Numbered from the stretch's first letter, positions 20,550 through 31,608 are shown. The stretch: DNA of 64,000 nucleotides from an uncultured virus (IMG/VR IMGVR_UViG_3300029305_007310) (IMGVR_UViG_3300029305_007310:1-64000), one strand, 5' to 3'. A program made the numbers and translations. Notes: generated from the letters alone by a model not told the origin.

Positions 20550-22214
20550 ATGCCAAGAAAGAAAAAGAACTCTGGTGAAGAATTTGAAGTTGTTGTGCCT
20601 ATGGCCGCTGCCTCTAATTCAATAAGCAAGCCTGAAGATGTGCGCCATATCGATATGGAGCATTGGGAGATTGCAGCTGCAAATGAATATGATCCGTCCA
20701 ATCGTGCGCAGTCAACGGTGCTTAATGATAGCTCAACGTCTTCTACAATCTCGCAAGACGATATTGATGATTACGCGACTGCACCTCAGGCCGATAAGCA
20801 AAAAACGATGGAAATAATCAACCTGATCAGGCAGTATAAGAACAAAGACGATTTGATTGGCCTTGTTGTCGAGGCTATTGAAAACAATGTAAATGCTCGC
20901 TATCGTCTTCATTGGCGTGATGCTAGGCATAAAGATGTTGATAAGAAAGCAAATGAAGAAGTTAAGAAGGCAATTGCTGAGTTTAATGAAAAGATTAATT
21001 TAAAGCAGTTGATCAGAGATTCTACGGCTGCGACCTATCAAGATGGCAATTATATCATGTGTTTGCGCTCATATGGCAAGTCTCCTTCCGGGACAGATCT
21101 TTTACCGGATTATGTGGTAGATACTTATCCAATTGGCGTTGCTGAAATTAGTCAATATACCGTTGGCGGCGATCCTTATGTTTTAATTGATATGAATACC
21201 CTGAAGAGCCAAATTCGTAAGTCTTATACTAAGACGAAAAAGAATAAGGCTCTTTTTTATGAAAACGAAACTAAGGAAATCGAAGCAACTTTCCCCAAAG
21301 AAGTGGTTGATGCTTATAAAGCCGGTGAAAGATATGCCAAGTTGGATATTAAGTATACAGGCGTAGAGCGTATCAATAATGATAAGTTGCAATATGGTCT
21401 GTCTCCAATTTTTAGGGCTTTTACACCTATGACCATGCTTGAATTGTGCCGTAAGGCTGATCGTATGGCCTTACAGACCAGATCAAAGAAAATTGTTGCT
21501 CAGTATCTGAACAAGGAAATTCTTGGCCCCAATTGGAATGCGGATACATATCGCCAGCAGGCGTATGCTCATAAAACTCTTCTTGCGGCTTGGGCTAACA
21601 ATATCGTATTGGTGACAGCTCCTGCCACAGTGAGAGAAATCGCTTATGTGGAACCCAAAGGCGAATTAACCAATATTGAAGTTACGAGTGATTATCGTAA
21701 TCAGATTATGAGCACACTCGGCATTTCCTTCCTTGCTGATGGGAATTCCAAGTCGCTAACGATTGCTAATCTCAGTGTTAAGCAGCTGATGAAGAATATC
21801 AATAAGATCACCAAGCAGTTGGAGACTATTCTTCATAAATGGTATAAGGTAGTGCTGCAGGAAGCTGGTATGGATCCATCTTTGGCGCCAACGATTACTG
21901 TTATTGACGCCGAGATGCTTGAAATGGACTTGAGAATGGAATTGGCTGATATCCTATTTAGCAAATTCAACGCAAGCTATGAAACGGTATTTGAACTTAT
22001 TGGCTATAACGTTGAAGATGAAAAGGCCAAACGTGAAATTGAAAATGATGAGGGTTATGATCAGATTTTCACCCCACGTCAGACGGTTTATACAACCAAT
22101 GGCAATTCTGGTGATGACAGTGGTGGCGATGGCCGCCCCGCAGATAAAGATAGCAATGACCCCGATAAGCAGGCTGACGACCAGCAAAGAAATAAGTCTA
22201 AAAAGGAATTATAA
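20550..22214 (+). CDS. Portal protein
   Basis: Position, 554 aa, YGLSPI motif and acidic GRP tail. Confidence 0.8.
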   Translation: MPRKKKNSGEEFEVVVPMAAASNSISKPEDVRHIDMEHWEIAAANEYDPSNRAQSTVLNDSSTSSTISQDDIDDYATAPQADKQKTMEIINLIRQYKNKDDLIGLVVEAIENNVNARYRLHWRDARHKDVDKKANEEVKKAIAEFNEKINLKQLIRDSTAATYQDGNYIMCLRSYGKSPSGTDLLPDYVVDTYPIGVAEISQYTVGGDPYVLIDMNTLKSQIRKSYTKTKKNKALFYENETKEIEATFPKEVVDAYKAGERYAKLDIKYTGVERINNDKLQYGLSPIFRAFTPMTMLELCRKADRMALQTRSKKIVAQYLNKEILGPNWNADTYRQQAYAHKTLLAAWANNIVLVTAPATVREIAYVEPKGELTNIEVTSDYRNQIMSTLGISFLADGNSKSLTIANLSVKQLMKNINKITKQLETILHKWYKVVLQEAGMDPSLAPTITVIDAEMLEMDLRMELADILFSKFNASYETVFELIGYNVEDEKAKREIENDEGYDQIFTPRQTVYTTNGNSGDDSGGDGRPADKDSNDPDKQADDQQRNKSKKEL

Positions 22215-22252
22215 GATGAATATTAACCTTGCCCAGAGAGGGGGTGAAATGG

Positions 22253-23842
22253 ATGGATGAGAAGAAAATGTTTGTTGCTGGCTCATATATTGAGATTGCA
22301 GAACACAAGAATTACCTGGAGCTAGAGAATCTTGTGTGCTATTATGATTACCCAAATGCCAATGGCTCACAGGTAAACTACGGCACAACTGATGAAGAAA
22401 AGGCTGCGACGCTTGAACGCGCGAAGACCTTATGTCTGATGCCCGTATATGCTAAGTGTGCCGTCAATCGTAATGGTGACCCTACTTTTAAGGGGCATGA
22501 GATCTCAAGAGGGCCTAAAGGTGAGCTAAAATTTGATACAGTTCCCATTGGCACTCATTACAGCGTGAAAATTAAAAAGCATAACATTGTGGCAGCGGAT
22601 GGTACAGCACATCGTCTGCCATGTTTATTTTCTAAGCAAAGGATTTGGAAACGCAACAAGAATGCAGTTGCTGCAATCCAACGTTTGTTTGGAGAAGGAA
22701 AGCTTTTTAATTCTTATGAGATGGACGTCAGCCAATACACTTTTAAAGATGGCATTAAGCATCTTGAAGATTATTCATTCCTGGGCAACGCCTTTCTTGG
22801 GTATGAATATGCCACTCCTGCTTATGGAACTGGTGGAGGGTCACAGGTATTATCTGTTGCAAGCACTGAAGATGGTTTTAGTAATGCAGAATTGATGATA
22901 GCCGAAGCTCTCTATCAGGATAATTTGGAAAATGAAGATACTTATTGTGAGGTGAACGAGATGCCTAATGAAGAATTTGAAGTTGTTGTTGAAGCCGTAG
23001 ATGAAGTAGAAACTTCTGAGGAGGTCATTGAACAGCAGCTTGAAGAAGAAACTGTTGTTTCTGAAGAAAAGCCTTCTGAAGAGGCGGTGGAAGAAGCAAA
23101 CGAAACAAGCGAAGTCGAGACTCAGCAGTTCGAAGAGGAGGAAGCAGAAGTTTCTGAAACTGAAGATAAGACAGAGGAAGAGCCCGTTCAGGATCCTGAA
23201 CTGTCTGCACTGACTGACTACGATATTCGCAGGAAGCTTGAAGAAGCTCTCTATGCTTCTACCAAGGAGTATGTGTATTGTCGCCACATTTTCCCCGCAG
23301 ATAACTGCGCATGGGTGAAAATGGACGCTGATCGCGCGGTTGGCGAATTGAATATGACAGAAGTTACCTACATGGTTGAGGGTGACAATGTTTCTATCAT
23401 TTCTATGACGCCCATTACTTTGACTGCTTCTCCTCGCGAAATGGCTACTGTTTTGTCTGAGCGCGAGAAGAAGCTTTCTGAACTGGAAAACGAGTTGAGC
23501 GAGTTGAAAAAGATCAAAGAGTCTTATGACAATCTCGTTCTGGAGCAGGCAGAAGCAAAACATAAGCAGGAAGTTGCTGAATTGCGTAAGTATGTTCAGA
23601 ATGCTGGCTGCTTTACGGAAGAAGAGCTTGCGGAAGAAAAAATGGCTAGTATGATCGAAAATCTGCAGATTGCAGAAGTAAAGGTCTTGATTGCCGATAA
23701 ATTGATCGCTGCCAAAGTTGAAAAGGAGTCTGCAATTGAGCAGGCCTCTACGCCTACACCCAAGGTTGACTTGGGCTTTGAGGCTGAAAACGTGAAAAAG
23801 TCTCGCTCACGCCAGTGGGCGGATTTTATCTCAAAAAAGTGA
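22253..23842 (+). CDS. Prohead protease/scaffold (YonD-like)
   Basis: N-terminal GH...SYEM...PAY domain followed by an acidic coiled coil; lies between portal and capsid. Confidence 0.7.
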   Translation: MDEKKMFVAGSYIEIAEHKNYLELENLVCYYDYPNANGSQVNYGTTDEEKAATLERAKTLCLMPVYAKCAVNRNGDPTFKGHEISRGPKGELKFDTVPIGTHYSVKIKKHNIVAADGTAHRLPCLFSKQRIWKRNKNAVAAIQRLFGEGKLFNSYEMDVSQYTFKDGIKHLEDYSFLGNAFLGYEYATPAYGTGGGSQVLSVASTEDGFSNAELMIAEALYQDNLENEDTYCEVNEMPNEEFEVVVEAVDEVETSEEVIEQQLEEETVVSEEKPSEEAVEEANETSEVETQQFEEEEAEVSETEDKTEEEPVQDPELSALTDYDIRRKLEEALYASTKEYVYCRHIFPADNCAWVKMDADRAVGELNMTEVTYMVEGDNVSIISMTPITLTASPREMATVLSEREKKLSELENELSELKKIKESYDNLVLEQAEAKHKQEVAELRKYVQNAGCFTEEELAEEKMASMIENLQIAEVKVLIADKLIAAKVEKESAIEQASTPTPKVDLGFEAENVKKSRSRQWADFISKK

Positions 23843-23865
23843 TTTATTAAGGAGGGAAAACGACT

Positions 23866-24258
23866 ATGTTGAAATATGCAATTGTTGACATGATGAAGGG
23901 CATTCCTCAGGCTGTCGCCGAGACGGAAATGACTCGTGGTGCTGTACTGAATGGTGGTCTGTTCCTGGCTGATAAGGAGCGCAATCATGACGGTCTGGCT
24001 GCTGCCTACAATCTGAAGGAGAAGGAATTCGAGACCATTAAGGTTGGCGAGATTTACAATCGTGTGCCTACTCGCGTTGGTGAGGAGTATTACACCACCG
24101 AGATTGAGGGTGCTGCTGGCATGACTGCTGGTGATGCTCTGAGCGCTGATGGCGCTAAGTTTGTTGCTGGCGAAGGCGCTGTAACTGGTTGGGAGTTTGT
24201 TGGTGAGTATGTCAATCCTTACGATCTGCCCATGTATCAGGTTCGTCGCGTAAAGTAA
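23866..24258 (+). CDS. Probable head decoration protein
   Basis: Just before the capsid gene; highly expressed codon style. Confidence 0.55.
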   Translation: MLKYAIVDMMKGIPQAVAETEMTRGAVLNGGLFLADKERNHDGLAAAYNLKEKEFETIKVGEIYNRVPTRVGEEYYTTEIEGAAGMTAGDALSADGAKFVAGEGAVTGWEFVGEYVNPYDLPMYQVRRVK

Positions 24259-24330
24259 TTTTATTTTTTAAACAGAGCAGTTAGTTGATGCTAACTGCTT
24301 TTTTATTTTGTTTTTAAGGAGGGAATAATA

Positions 24331-25329
24331 ATGGCTATCGAAATTTCTGAAAAGATGAGCAAGCCCGGTGTTCTGACTGAGTGGGCTTCTGCTGTTGTGT
24401 ATAAAAATTCTTTGACTGATGACCAGAAGGAAATTTCTGAGGTTATCGACGAGGCTGTTCGCAAGATTGGTGAAACTGGTCATGATCCGAATCATGAGAT
24501 CGCTTCTCTGATTCAGAAGACTTTCACTGAGGAGAGCGTAAATGCTCCTTCTGAGCTGATTGGTCGCATGTTTGATGAATCTTCTATTGGCGAGTTTGAC
24601 GATTTCTATATCGAAACCGAGCCTAAGAACACCATGATGGCTTATGAGGCTACCAATGGCGGCAACGTTCCTGCTTCTTATATTGAGCATAACTTCATGA
24701 AGCCCACTTGGATGAACCTTCAGGCTGAGACTTACATCAACATGTCTGACATGCGCCGTGGCGGCTATCATACTGTCGCTAAGCACATTGAGTTTATTAA
24801 TGAGTGCTTTGAGAATCGTCGTGTGGCTGCTCTGATGAACGTGATCAACAACGCTATTACTGCCGATATGCCCGGTTATGTTGCCGAGACTGAGGCTCTG
24901 CCTGGTGAAGCTGCCATGGATGAGCTGGCCCTTTATCTGCATGATAAGGTTGCCGATGGCGAAGTGTTTATGTTTATGCTGAACCGTTATCGTCAGGCTG
25001 CTTCTAAGCTGGCTCAGGCTCAGCGTTGGCCCACTGAAGGCGATAAGAATATGTACAACCGTGAAGGTTTCCTGAATGCTTATGCTGGCGTTCCCATGCT
25101 GGGCTTCTCCGGTCAGAAGCGTCTGGCTGATGGAACTCTGATCGTGCCTGATAAGACCATCTTTGGTGTTGCTGGTAAGGTCGGCTCTGCTGTGACCCGT
25201 GGCTCTGCTCGTGTTCTGGAAGAGGAAGATATCAATTCTGAGAAGATTCATGTGAAGGTGGCTGGTTTCACCTTTGGTTATGCAATCACTGATATTTCTA
25301 AGATCGGTAAGATCGTCATGGCGAAGTAA
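24331..25329 (+). CDS. Major capsid protein
   Basis: 332 aa, position, strong RBS, biased codons, downstream hairpin. Confidence 0.8.
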   Translation: MAIEISEKMSKPGVLTEWASAVVYKNSLTDDQKEISEVIDEAVRKIGETGHDPNHEIASLIQKTFTEESVNAPSELIGRMFDESSIGEFDDFYIETEPKNTMMAYEATNGGNVPASYIEHNFMKPTWMNLQAETYINMSDMRRGGYHTVAKHIEFINECFENRRVAALMNVINNAITADMPGYVAETEALPGEAAMDELALYLHDKVADGEVFMFMLNRYRQAASKLAQAQRWPTEGDKNMYNREGFLNAYAGVPMLGFSGQKRLADGTLIVPDKTIFGVAGKVGSAVTRGSARVLEEEDINSEKIHVKVAGFTFGYAITDISKIGKIVMAK

Positions 25330-25428
25330 GAAAGGCGAATGTCCATTTGATTGGATGATGAGAAAATTGAAATTGGTGGCGGTTTAGTTTTATATTAAAC
25401 CGCCACTTATTAAAGGAGCAGATAATAT

Positions 25429-26145
25429 ATGAGTTTTGATAAAGAAATGGTACGAGTGTTTAATTATGGTCTTTGCAGTATTGCTGTTAAGACCAACGAA
25501 CGAAGCGTCTTGATTAAGGGCACTGATGACCCTAATTTCCCGACAATGGAGTCTTTCTCTTTGAAAGAATTGGAGTATGTTAATGCACATAGCCCTGTTC
25601 TTCGTAGCGGTATGCTTGAATTTGATGAAGAAGAGCGAACTGATATTTACAAAGCTCTTCATATTAAGGATTGGGAGACCGCCTGCATTTTTGAAAGCGA
25701 AATTGATGAGATTCTTACGACTCCGACTATTGCTGCTATGCAACGTGTTACAGAGGTCAAGGATTTGCCGACCATTGATCGCATTTTTGCGCATATGAAG
25801 AGGTTGATTAAAACAAATCAGGCTGATGTATCCAGCAGAGTCCAAAAAGTGGTTATGACCAGACGTGACGAGTTGCGCGAAAACATTCTTAATTCACGCA
25901 TTCAGCTTGTCCCCAAGAAGGTTGATCCTGTTGATGCCATTTCACAGGAAGCTCTTGATAAGATGGTTCAGGATAAGGTTGCGGCTGCTTTGGCTTCTAT
26001 GGCAGCTCCAGTAACTACAAATACAGAAGCGGCTCCTGTTATTGAAGAGGTGCCGCCTGTTGTAGAAACGAAGCCTGTTCAGGAGACAAAGCCTGTTAAG
26101 CCCAAGAAGACCACTCGCACTAGTTCAAAAACCGCTCCTAAGTAA
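25429..26145 (+). CDS. Hypothetical virion morphogenesis protein
   Basis: 238-aa ORF after the capsid gene. Confidence 0.65.
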   Translation: MSFDKEMVRVFNYGLCSIAVKTNERSVLIKGTDDPNFPTMESFSLKELEYVNAHSPVLRSGMLEFDEEERTDIYKALHIKDWETACIFESEIDEILTTPTIAAMQRVTEVKDLPTIDRIFAHMKRLIKTNQADVSSRVQKVVMTRRDELRENILNSRIQLVPKKVDPVDAISQEALDKMVQDKVAAALASMAAPVTTNTEAAPVIEEVPPVVETKPVQETKPVKPKKTTRTSSKTAPK

Positions 26146-26167
26146 AAACGAACGGAGGTGATCGCGA

Positions 26168-26671
26168 GTGACGGATCGTTTAGCTGATGTCTACGAGGCG
26201 TTTTATGACAAAATCGAGTTGGACTCAGAATATTTTCAGTATTTTGATGTAGATGAGATCGAGGCAATGAAAATTGCCCAAGAGCGTGCGCGGTCGTATC
26301 TCCGAGAAGCGTGCAGTTATTTAAGACGTCATGTAACTTTAGATTTCAGTCTTAGAATTGAAAAAGATGAGACGGGTGAAGAACATTTTGCTGCATCTAT
26401 AACTGATGACGAGGTGGATCTCTTGGCGGCAATTATGCTTGTGCCTTACTATGAAAGAGGTCTAGCAAAATTGCGGCCAAAGCTTAACACTTTTTCAGCT
26501 AGTGAGTTGAAATTGCTGCATTCACCGGCCAATGAACGCCAGACATATTTAGCTCTAATTGAGAATCAAAGGGCTAATATTAACTTTTTAATTGCTGACT
26601 ATTACGCCAAAGATCGTTTGACAGGCGCAGAAAAAATGATCAGTACAACTATACCGGAGGATTCAGAGTAG
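26168..26671 (+). CDS. Putative head-tail adaptor
   Basis: Position and size. Confidence 0.55.
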   Translation: MTDRLADVYEAFYDKIELDSEYFQYFDVDEIEAMKIAQERARSYLREACSYLRRHVTLDFSLRIEKDETGEEHFAASITDDEVDLLAAIMLVPYYERGLAKLRPKLNTFSASELKLLHSPANERQTYLALIENQRANINFLIADYYAKDRLTGAEKMISTTIPEDSE

Positions 26672-27471
26672 TGAAGCATGATATCAGCTATTATAGAAAA
26701 ATCCACGGTACATATGGCGTTTCAAGCGTTAAAGAAGCACAAATTCGATCTATAAGGCAAAATGTAACCGGCTCATTTCAAAACACAATCAATTGGGAAC
26801 AGGTTTTTGTAAATCACTCGACCGACGAGCAAGATTTAGAAATAATTCCTACCATTGATATTTATACTAAGAAATTTAAAACCAGACCAAGTGAAGTGAT
26901 GCGTCTTGGGGATTTAATCGAATGGCGCGACGCTTTGTGGATTGTTAATACTTTAGATGCTGATAATCAAATCAATTATCAGGGAACTATGGTCCAATGC
27001 AATCTTTGTCTGCGCTGGCAGCTTGAAGACGGCACAATCCATGAAGAATTTGGCTGGGATAAAGACGCAAGCAAATATTCTTATGGTGAAGACCGCGGTA
27101 ATTATATGGATACTGCGCAATTCACAATGAAGGTGATTGTTCAGGTCAATGAACAGACACTTTCAATACGAAGAAATAAGAGATTTTTAATTGGTCCATT
27201 TGGTGTGGGCTTTACACCTCTTGCGGTAGAGGTATCTCGAATAAACGGAGTTACCAATACTTACAAATACAAAGAGGGTACAGAGCAATATGAATCTGGC
27301 TTGTTGGAGTTTACACTTCACGAAACACAGTTCTATCCAGATCGTGATAATGCTGAATTAGGTATTGCTGATTATTTTGTCATTGGGAAAGATAGTTCTG
27401 TCCCCGAGCCTGCTCCAGAGAAAACATCGCCTCCAAAATCTGTTGTGAGTGAAGGGGGAGAGTGGTTTTAA
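26671..27471 (+). CDS. Putative head closure or neck protein
   Basis: Position; GDLIEW...WIV...CN pattern. Confidence 0.55.
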   Translation: MKHDISYYRKIHGTYGVSSVKEAQIRSIRQNVTGSFQNTINWEQVFVNHSTDEQDLEIIPTIDIYTKKFKTRPSEVMRLGDLIEWRDALWIVNTLDADNQINYQGTMVQCNLCLRWQLEDGTIHEEFGWDKDASKYSYGEDRGNYMDTAQFTMKVIVQVNEQTLSIRRNKRFLIGPFGVGFTPLAVEVSRINGVTNTYKYKEGTEQYESGLLEFTLHETQFYPDRDNAELGIADYFVIGKDSSVPEPAPEKTSPPKSVVSEGGEWF

Positions 27472-27983
27472 TGGGCAATAATTTAAATGTAATTAGCGAT
27501 ATGAAACAGGTGATTTTACGCTCAATTTTATCTGATGAGGATGTCGTAAAGCTTCTTAGAGATAATTATGATGTTCAAACACCAGACATGGGCTTGCGTT
27601 ACACTCAAGTGTTTCCTTGGATGCGAACGCTTGACACAGTTGAAGAAGCTAAAAGTTTTGTGACTTTTGAGGTCTCTGTAACCGGCATCCAAAATTGCGC
27701 AGTTCGAGAATTTGAATTGCGCATTTATATTATGACCCATCAAAGCTTAATGCTTATTAACGGTGAGGTATGTGGGAATTTGGGCTTAGATCCGTCTGAC
27801 TGCGGCACAAGAATTGATGTTTTGGCAGATAAAATTGATTATTTGCTGAACGGAAGTGAAGAAATGGGATTTGGCAAAATGGAGCTTGTAACTTCGCCCC
27901 CATTTACCCCAGCAGAAAAATTTCTTGGGCGCATGTTGGTTTATCACGTTGAGGGATGGAATCGTTGGGGTGAAAAGTTGTAA
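27471..27983 (+). CDS. Putative tail terminator
   Basis: Position; RIDVLADKIDYLLNG pattern. Confidence 0.5.
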   Translation: MGNNLNVISDMKQVILRSILSDEDVVKLLRDNYDVQTPDMGLRYTQVFPWMRTLDTVEEAKSFVTFEVSVTGIQNCAVREFELRIYIMTHQSLMLINGEVCGNLGLDPSDCGTRIDVLADKIDYLLNGSEEMGFGKMELVTSPPFTPAEKFLGRMLVYHVEGWNRWGEKL

Positions 27984-28732
27984 TGGATCTTTTGAAGCTA
28001 TATGAGATTGATCAGTTGCAACTTTACTTTGGCAACGATTTTAAAATCAATGAGCATTTAATCATCCGCCAGCCGACAATTGGAGATATTGTTGATATGG
28101 GGGAGCGTAACTATTTTTCAATGGTGCATACATTGACTGCCATACCATCTGATCTGATTGCTCAGCTTTCTGTCATTGGTCTTGACTGGAACAAAGTCGA
28201 GGACTTTGAATTATTTTCGATGCTGATTACTTCAATGGATATTGATGAAACTCGCGTTTTGTTTGGGAACTTGGATTTTTCAAAATTCCGTGTCGTACCA
28301 ATAGAAGGTGAACGACGCCATATTCTTCATCATGAAGAACTCGATTTTGATATGGACGAGCTTATGTATGGAGCTATGGCTCGATATCTTTGCATGATGC
28401 ACGGAATTAAGAAAAAACCACAGTATGCCGGTAACGAAGCAACCAAACAAATGATGATTGAAATGGCTATTGAAGATATGGAACGCGCCAAAAAGAAGCC
28501 ATACGTATCACAATTAAAATCGCTTATTTCTACAATGGTGAATAGTGCCGGATTTAAGTACAACATTGAACAAGTGCGGGATATGAAGTTATGCCAGTTT
28601 ATGGACAGTGTGTCTAGAATTCAAATTATATCTTCAGCAACGGCATTGCTGCATGGCTGTTATTCCGGCATGATTGACACCAAGAAAATTGATAAAGACG
28701 GTTTAAACACCATGAAGGACATCGATGTGTAA
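27983..28732 (+). CDS. Hypothetical tail-module protein
   Basis: 249-aa ORF coupled to the upstream gene. Confidence 0.65.
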   Translation: MDLLKLYEIDQLQLYFGNDFKINEHLIIRQPTIGDIVDMGERNYFSMVHTLTAIPSDLIAQLSVIGLDWNKVEDFELFSMLITSMDIDETRVLFGNLDFSKFRVVPIEGERRHILHHEELDFDMDELMYGAMARYLCMMHGIKKKPQYAGNEATKQMMIEMAIEDMERAKKKPYVSQLKSLISTMVNSAGFKYNIEQVRDMKLCQFMDSVSRIQIISSATALLHGCYSGMIDTKKIDKDGLNTMKDIDV

Positions 28733-28767
28733 TCGGTGTTTTTCTTTTTAATAAGGAGGAATGAATA

Positions 28768-29589
28768 ATGGATATTAACAATTTTGTTATCGAGCGCGTT
28801 CGTCGTGCAACTATGTTCTCCACTTCCACTGGTGAGGCCATGTGGAATATTAACCAGGTCGAAGAGCCTGCTCTGAATGTAACCACCGAGAAGGCTGAAG
28901 CTGTGGACGCTATGGGCGTTAAGATCGCTGAGTTTGATCGCGCTAAGAACGCTGAATTCACTGCTCAGAACTCTCTGTTTGACTTCGGTCTGGCCGCTGC
29001 TCAGTTTGGCCGCGAAAAGGAAGTCGCCACCGAGACTGCTACTTTGGTTGTGCCTAAGTGGGAAGAGATCAAGGTGACTCAGGCTATGATCGATGAGGGC
29101 GCTGTTACTCTGCAGGAAGTTCCCGTTGGTGTTGCTGGTGCTGAAATTCCCTTCATTTATACTCTGAACGGTGATGGCTCTCTGAAGAATAAGTTTGCTA
29201 TTGGCGCTGAAGCCAATGCTGCTGCTTTTGCTCTGGCTGCTGCCGATAAGAAGATTACTCTTCCCACTGGTCTGACTGCTGGCGTTCGTCTGTGGATCCC
29301 CTATGAGTTCGCCGCTGCTTCTGCCGTGGTTGTGTCTAACACCGCCATCGACTTCCCCAAGGCTGGTAAGTTTGTTATGGAAGTCCTGGGTTCTGATGTG
29401 TGCGATCCTTCTAAGAAGTATTATGCCTACATCGAGTTCCCCAATGCTAAGCTGTCTGGCGACGTTGACTTTACCTTCACTACTGAAGGCAAGCATCCCT
29501 TCACCATTCAGGCTATGCAGCAGTATTGCGATGAAGAGAAGCGTCTCTTTAGCATTAAGATCCCCGAGGTGGCCACTACTGCGGCCTAA
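28768..29589 (+). CDS. Major tail (tube) protein
   Basis: Position, strong RBS, highly expressed codon style. Confidence 0.7.
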   Translation: MDINNFVIERVRRATMFSTSTGEAMWNINQVEEPALNVTTEKAEAVDAMGVKIAEFDRAKNAEFTAQNSLFDFGLAAAQFGREKEVATETATLVVPKWEEIKVTQAMIDEGAVTLQEVPVGVAGAEIPFIYTLNGDGSLKNKFAIGAEANAAAFALAAADKKITLPTGLTAGVRLWIPYEFAAASAVVVSNTAIDFPKAGKFVMEVLGSDVCDPSKKYYAYIEFPNAKLSGDVDFTFTTEGKHPFTIQAMQQYCDEEKRLFSIKIPEVATTAA

Positions 29590-29616
29590 TTTTGTTCTTT
29601 AAAGGGGTGATGCAAT

Positions 29617-30009
29617 ATGCAGAATAAGGGCCATAACCATAATTGCATTATTTGCGGTGAAGGTTATTATTATTGCAATGATTGCGGAGCCATGAAATCT
29701 TTTACCCCTTGGCGTAGAGTCGCGTGTTCTATCGAATGCTATCAAACTTATCTTGCATTTATGGATTATCGTGATCATGATCATGATAGTGAAAAGTTCG
29801 CGAAGGCAATTGATCAGATTGGTATGGACGTTCGAAAGTTACCCGTGGCTCTAACCAAGGTGTATGAGAATGGAAAGCAAGCAATTGCTGAAAAGGAACG
29901 TCCTGCATCGCAGGATCTTTTTGTTTCTGAGGTTGAACAGGAGCAAGCGCCTGTCCTTCCTCAATTTAATAAAACGGATTATTACAAACATACCCGTAAG
30001 AAGAAGTGA
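29617..30009 (+). CDS. Zn-finger hypothetical protein
   Basis: CIICG..YYCNDC..CSIEC. Confidence 0.65.
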   Translation: MQNKGHNHNCIICGEGYYYCNDCGAMKSFTPWRRVACSIECYQTYLAFMDYRDHDHDSEKFAKAIDQIGMDVRKLPVALTKVYENGKQAIAEKERPASQDLFVSEVEQEQAPVLPQFNKTDYYKHTRKKK

Positions 30010-30015
30010 TTTTAC

Positions 30016-30051
30016 GGGGCGTATCTTAGATCGATACGCCCCTTTTTTATT
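30016..30051 (+). terminator. Intrinsic terminator
   Basis: GGGGCGTATC...GATACGCCCC followed by T tract. Confidence 0.7.
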
Positions 30052-30071
30052 TGAGTTGGAGGAGTGGGAGG

Positions 30072-30278
30072 ATGAGAACAAGGTCTACTGTGACCGACAG
30101 GGTATATGAGCCTGACCTGATGTTTTATATTGTGAACCCTGTCCAGATTGCAAGATATTTGAAACATGGAGCAACGTTATACGATCTTTTTGAAAGTGGA
30201 GATAATCTTGTCGCAGTATTTTCGAAACGTGAGACAAGTGAATTATATAAATTATGGCAACGCCATGAGCTGAAGTAG
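30072..30278 (+). CDS. Small hypothetical protein
   Basis: 68-aa ORF with RBS. Confidence 0.6.
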   Translation: MRTRSTVTDRVYEPDLMFYIVNPVQIARYLKHGATLYDLFESGDNLVAVFSKRETSELYKLWQRHELK

Positions 30279-30285
30279 GTGGTCA

Positions 30286-30798
30286 GTGTTGAAAATTTTA
30301 GCTTTCGACCAGGCGAGTCAGATGACCGGAGCTGCTTGGTTTGAGGATACAACTTTACTAGGTTATACGGTCATCAATTTTAAAAAAATCAAAGATGCTC
30401 GTGAACGAATGGGCGCGATGATTCAAGAAATGTATAAACTGATTCAGGAAATAAAACCTGATGTGATTGTTTTTGAGGACGTGGTAATGCAACGTAATGC
30501 CGCTAGTCTTATTATTTTAGCCAGACTTCAGGGCGCCTTAATGGCTTATTGCTATGAACACGCAATTATTTGGGTGGTGTATAAGCCTTCTGAATGGCGT
30601 AGAATGCTACATTTCAAACAGGGGAGTAGGGTCAAGCGTGAGATTCTCAAGGCCCAAGCTAAGGCGTTTGTAAAGAAGTATTATGAAGTGGACGTTAATG
30701 AAGATGAAGCAGATGCTATTTGCATTGGCTGTGCTTTTGCTTGTGTACAAAATGCTTTAAGTATGGGTGATGAAGATGGCGGCAGAGCAATTAAATAA
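30286..30798 (+). CDS. ruvC: RuvC-like Holliday junction resolvase
   Basis: ILAFDQAS..TG, IVFED, PSEWR and DEADAICIG motifs. Confidence 0.85.
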   Translation: MLKILAFDQASQMTGAAWFEDTTLLGYTVINFKKIKDARERMGAMIQEMYKLIQEIKPDVIVFEDVVMQRNAASLIILARLQGALMAYCYEHAIIWVVYKPSEWRRMLHFKQGSRVKREILKAQAKAFVKKYYEVDVNEDEADAICIGCAFACVQNALSMGDEDGGRAIK

Positions 30799-31066
30799 TA
30801 AGGCGTTAGAAACGCTATGTAACGAAATACTCAAAGCGGTTGAGGTAAAGGCCAAAAGTGTTTATACACAAATGTCTAAAAAAACCACAAAAATTTCTGC
30901 TTTAAGCGCATACCCATTGGGTGCCTTATGCTTTTTAAAAGAAGGGATGAATCCCAATTTGATTTTTGGTGGCAAATGGGAGCAGTTGGCAGGAAATTTG
31001 TCGCTCAGCGGAAATGGTGAGACAGTTGAATTGAGCGGCGTTAAAGTATGGCAACGATTTGAATAA
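30776..31066 (+). CDS. Hypothetical protein resembling a baseplate/tail C-terminal motif
   Basis: AYPLGA...NPNLIFGGKWEQ...VWQR. Confidence 0.5.
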   Translation: MAAEQLNNKALETLCNEILKAVEVKAKSVYTQMSKKTTKISALSAYPLGALCFLKEGMNPNLIFGGKWEQLAGNLSLSGNGETVELSGVKVWQRFE

Positions 31067-31080
31067 TGGAGGGCTAAATA

Positions 31081-31563
31081 ATGGAAGATATGAAAATTGT
31101 CGAGTGCAACGTGGATGGTAAACTGGTTAAGATTGAAGTGAAGAAAACGATACCTTATATTAAACGGGTGGCTGCCTCTAATGTAATTGCAGAAGCTATC
31201 ATGTCGGAGAATGGGGAGTATCATCCTTGGGCATTTGATATCCATTTTACAATTTTTATTCTTAGTGCGTATACTGATTTTATTTTCCCGGAGAGCTGGG
31301 ACGATAATGAAGTTTATAAGTTTAGCCGCAGTGCTCAATTTGAAGTAATCTTTGAAACCATTAACGACAACGAACGTAAAGAGGTTTGTGAGTGGGTGGA
31401 AAAGCTCGTTGAATATAGGAAGAAGTGTTTTGAAAAGAACGCCGTGTCTCGTTTACTTGATACAGCTAAAGAGTTTTTCAAAGTGTTTCAAGAAATGCTT
31501 CTAAATAATCCCGATATTTTAGACGCATTTGGATCGCTACCTGAGCTTAAGAATTTACAGTAA
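31081..31563 (+). CDS. Putative tail assembly chaperone
   Basis: Position upstream of the tape measure gene. Confidence 0.45.
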   Translation: MEDMKIVECNVDGKLVKIEVKKTIPYIKRVAASNVIAEAIMSENGEYHPWAFDIHFTIFILSAYTDFIFPESWDDNEVYKFSRSAQFEVIFETINDNERKEVCEWVEKLVEYRKKCFEKNAVSRLLDTAKEFFKVFQEMLLNNPDILDAFGSLPELKNLQ

Positions 31564-31608
31564 TTATGATATAATATTCATAAGCTAGTAACCTTATGGA
31601 GGGATAAC

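Noticed and set aside
24268..25251. Long antisense ORFs opposite capsid, tail and fibre genes (also 28660-29496, 54101-55153, 55674-56921)
   Set aside because: Shadow frames produced by the codon bias of the sense genes.
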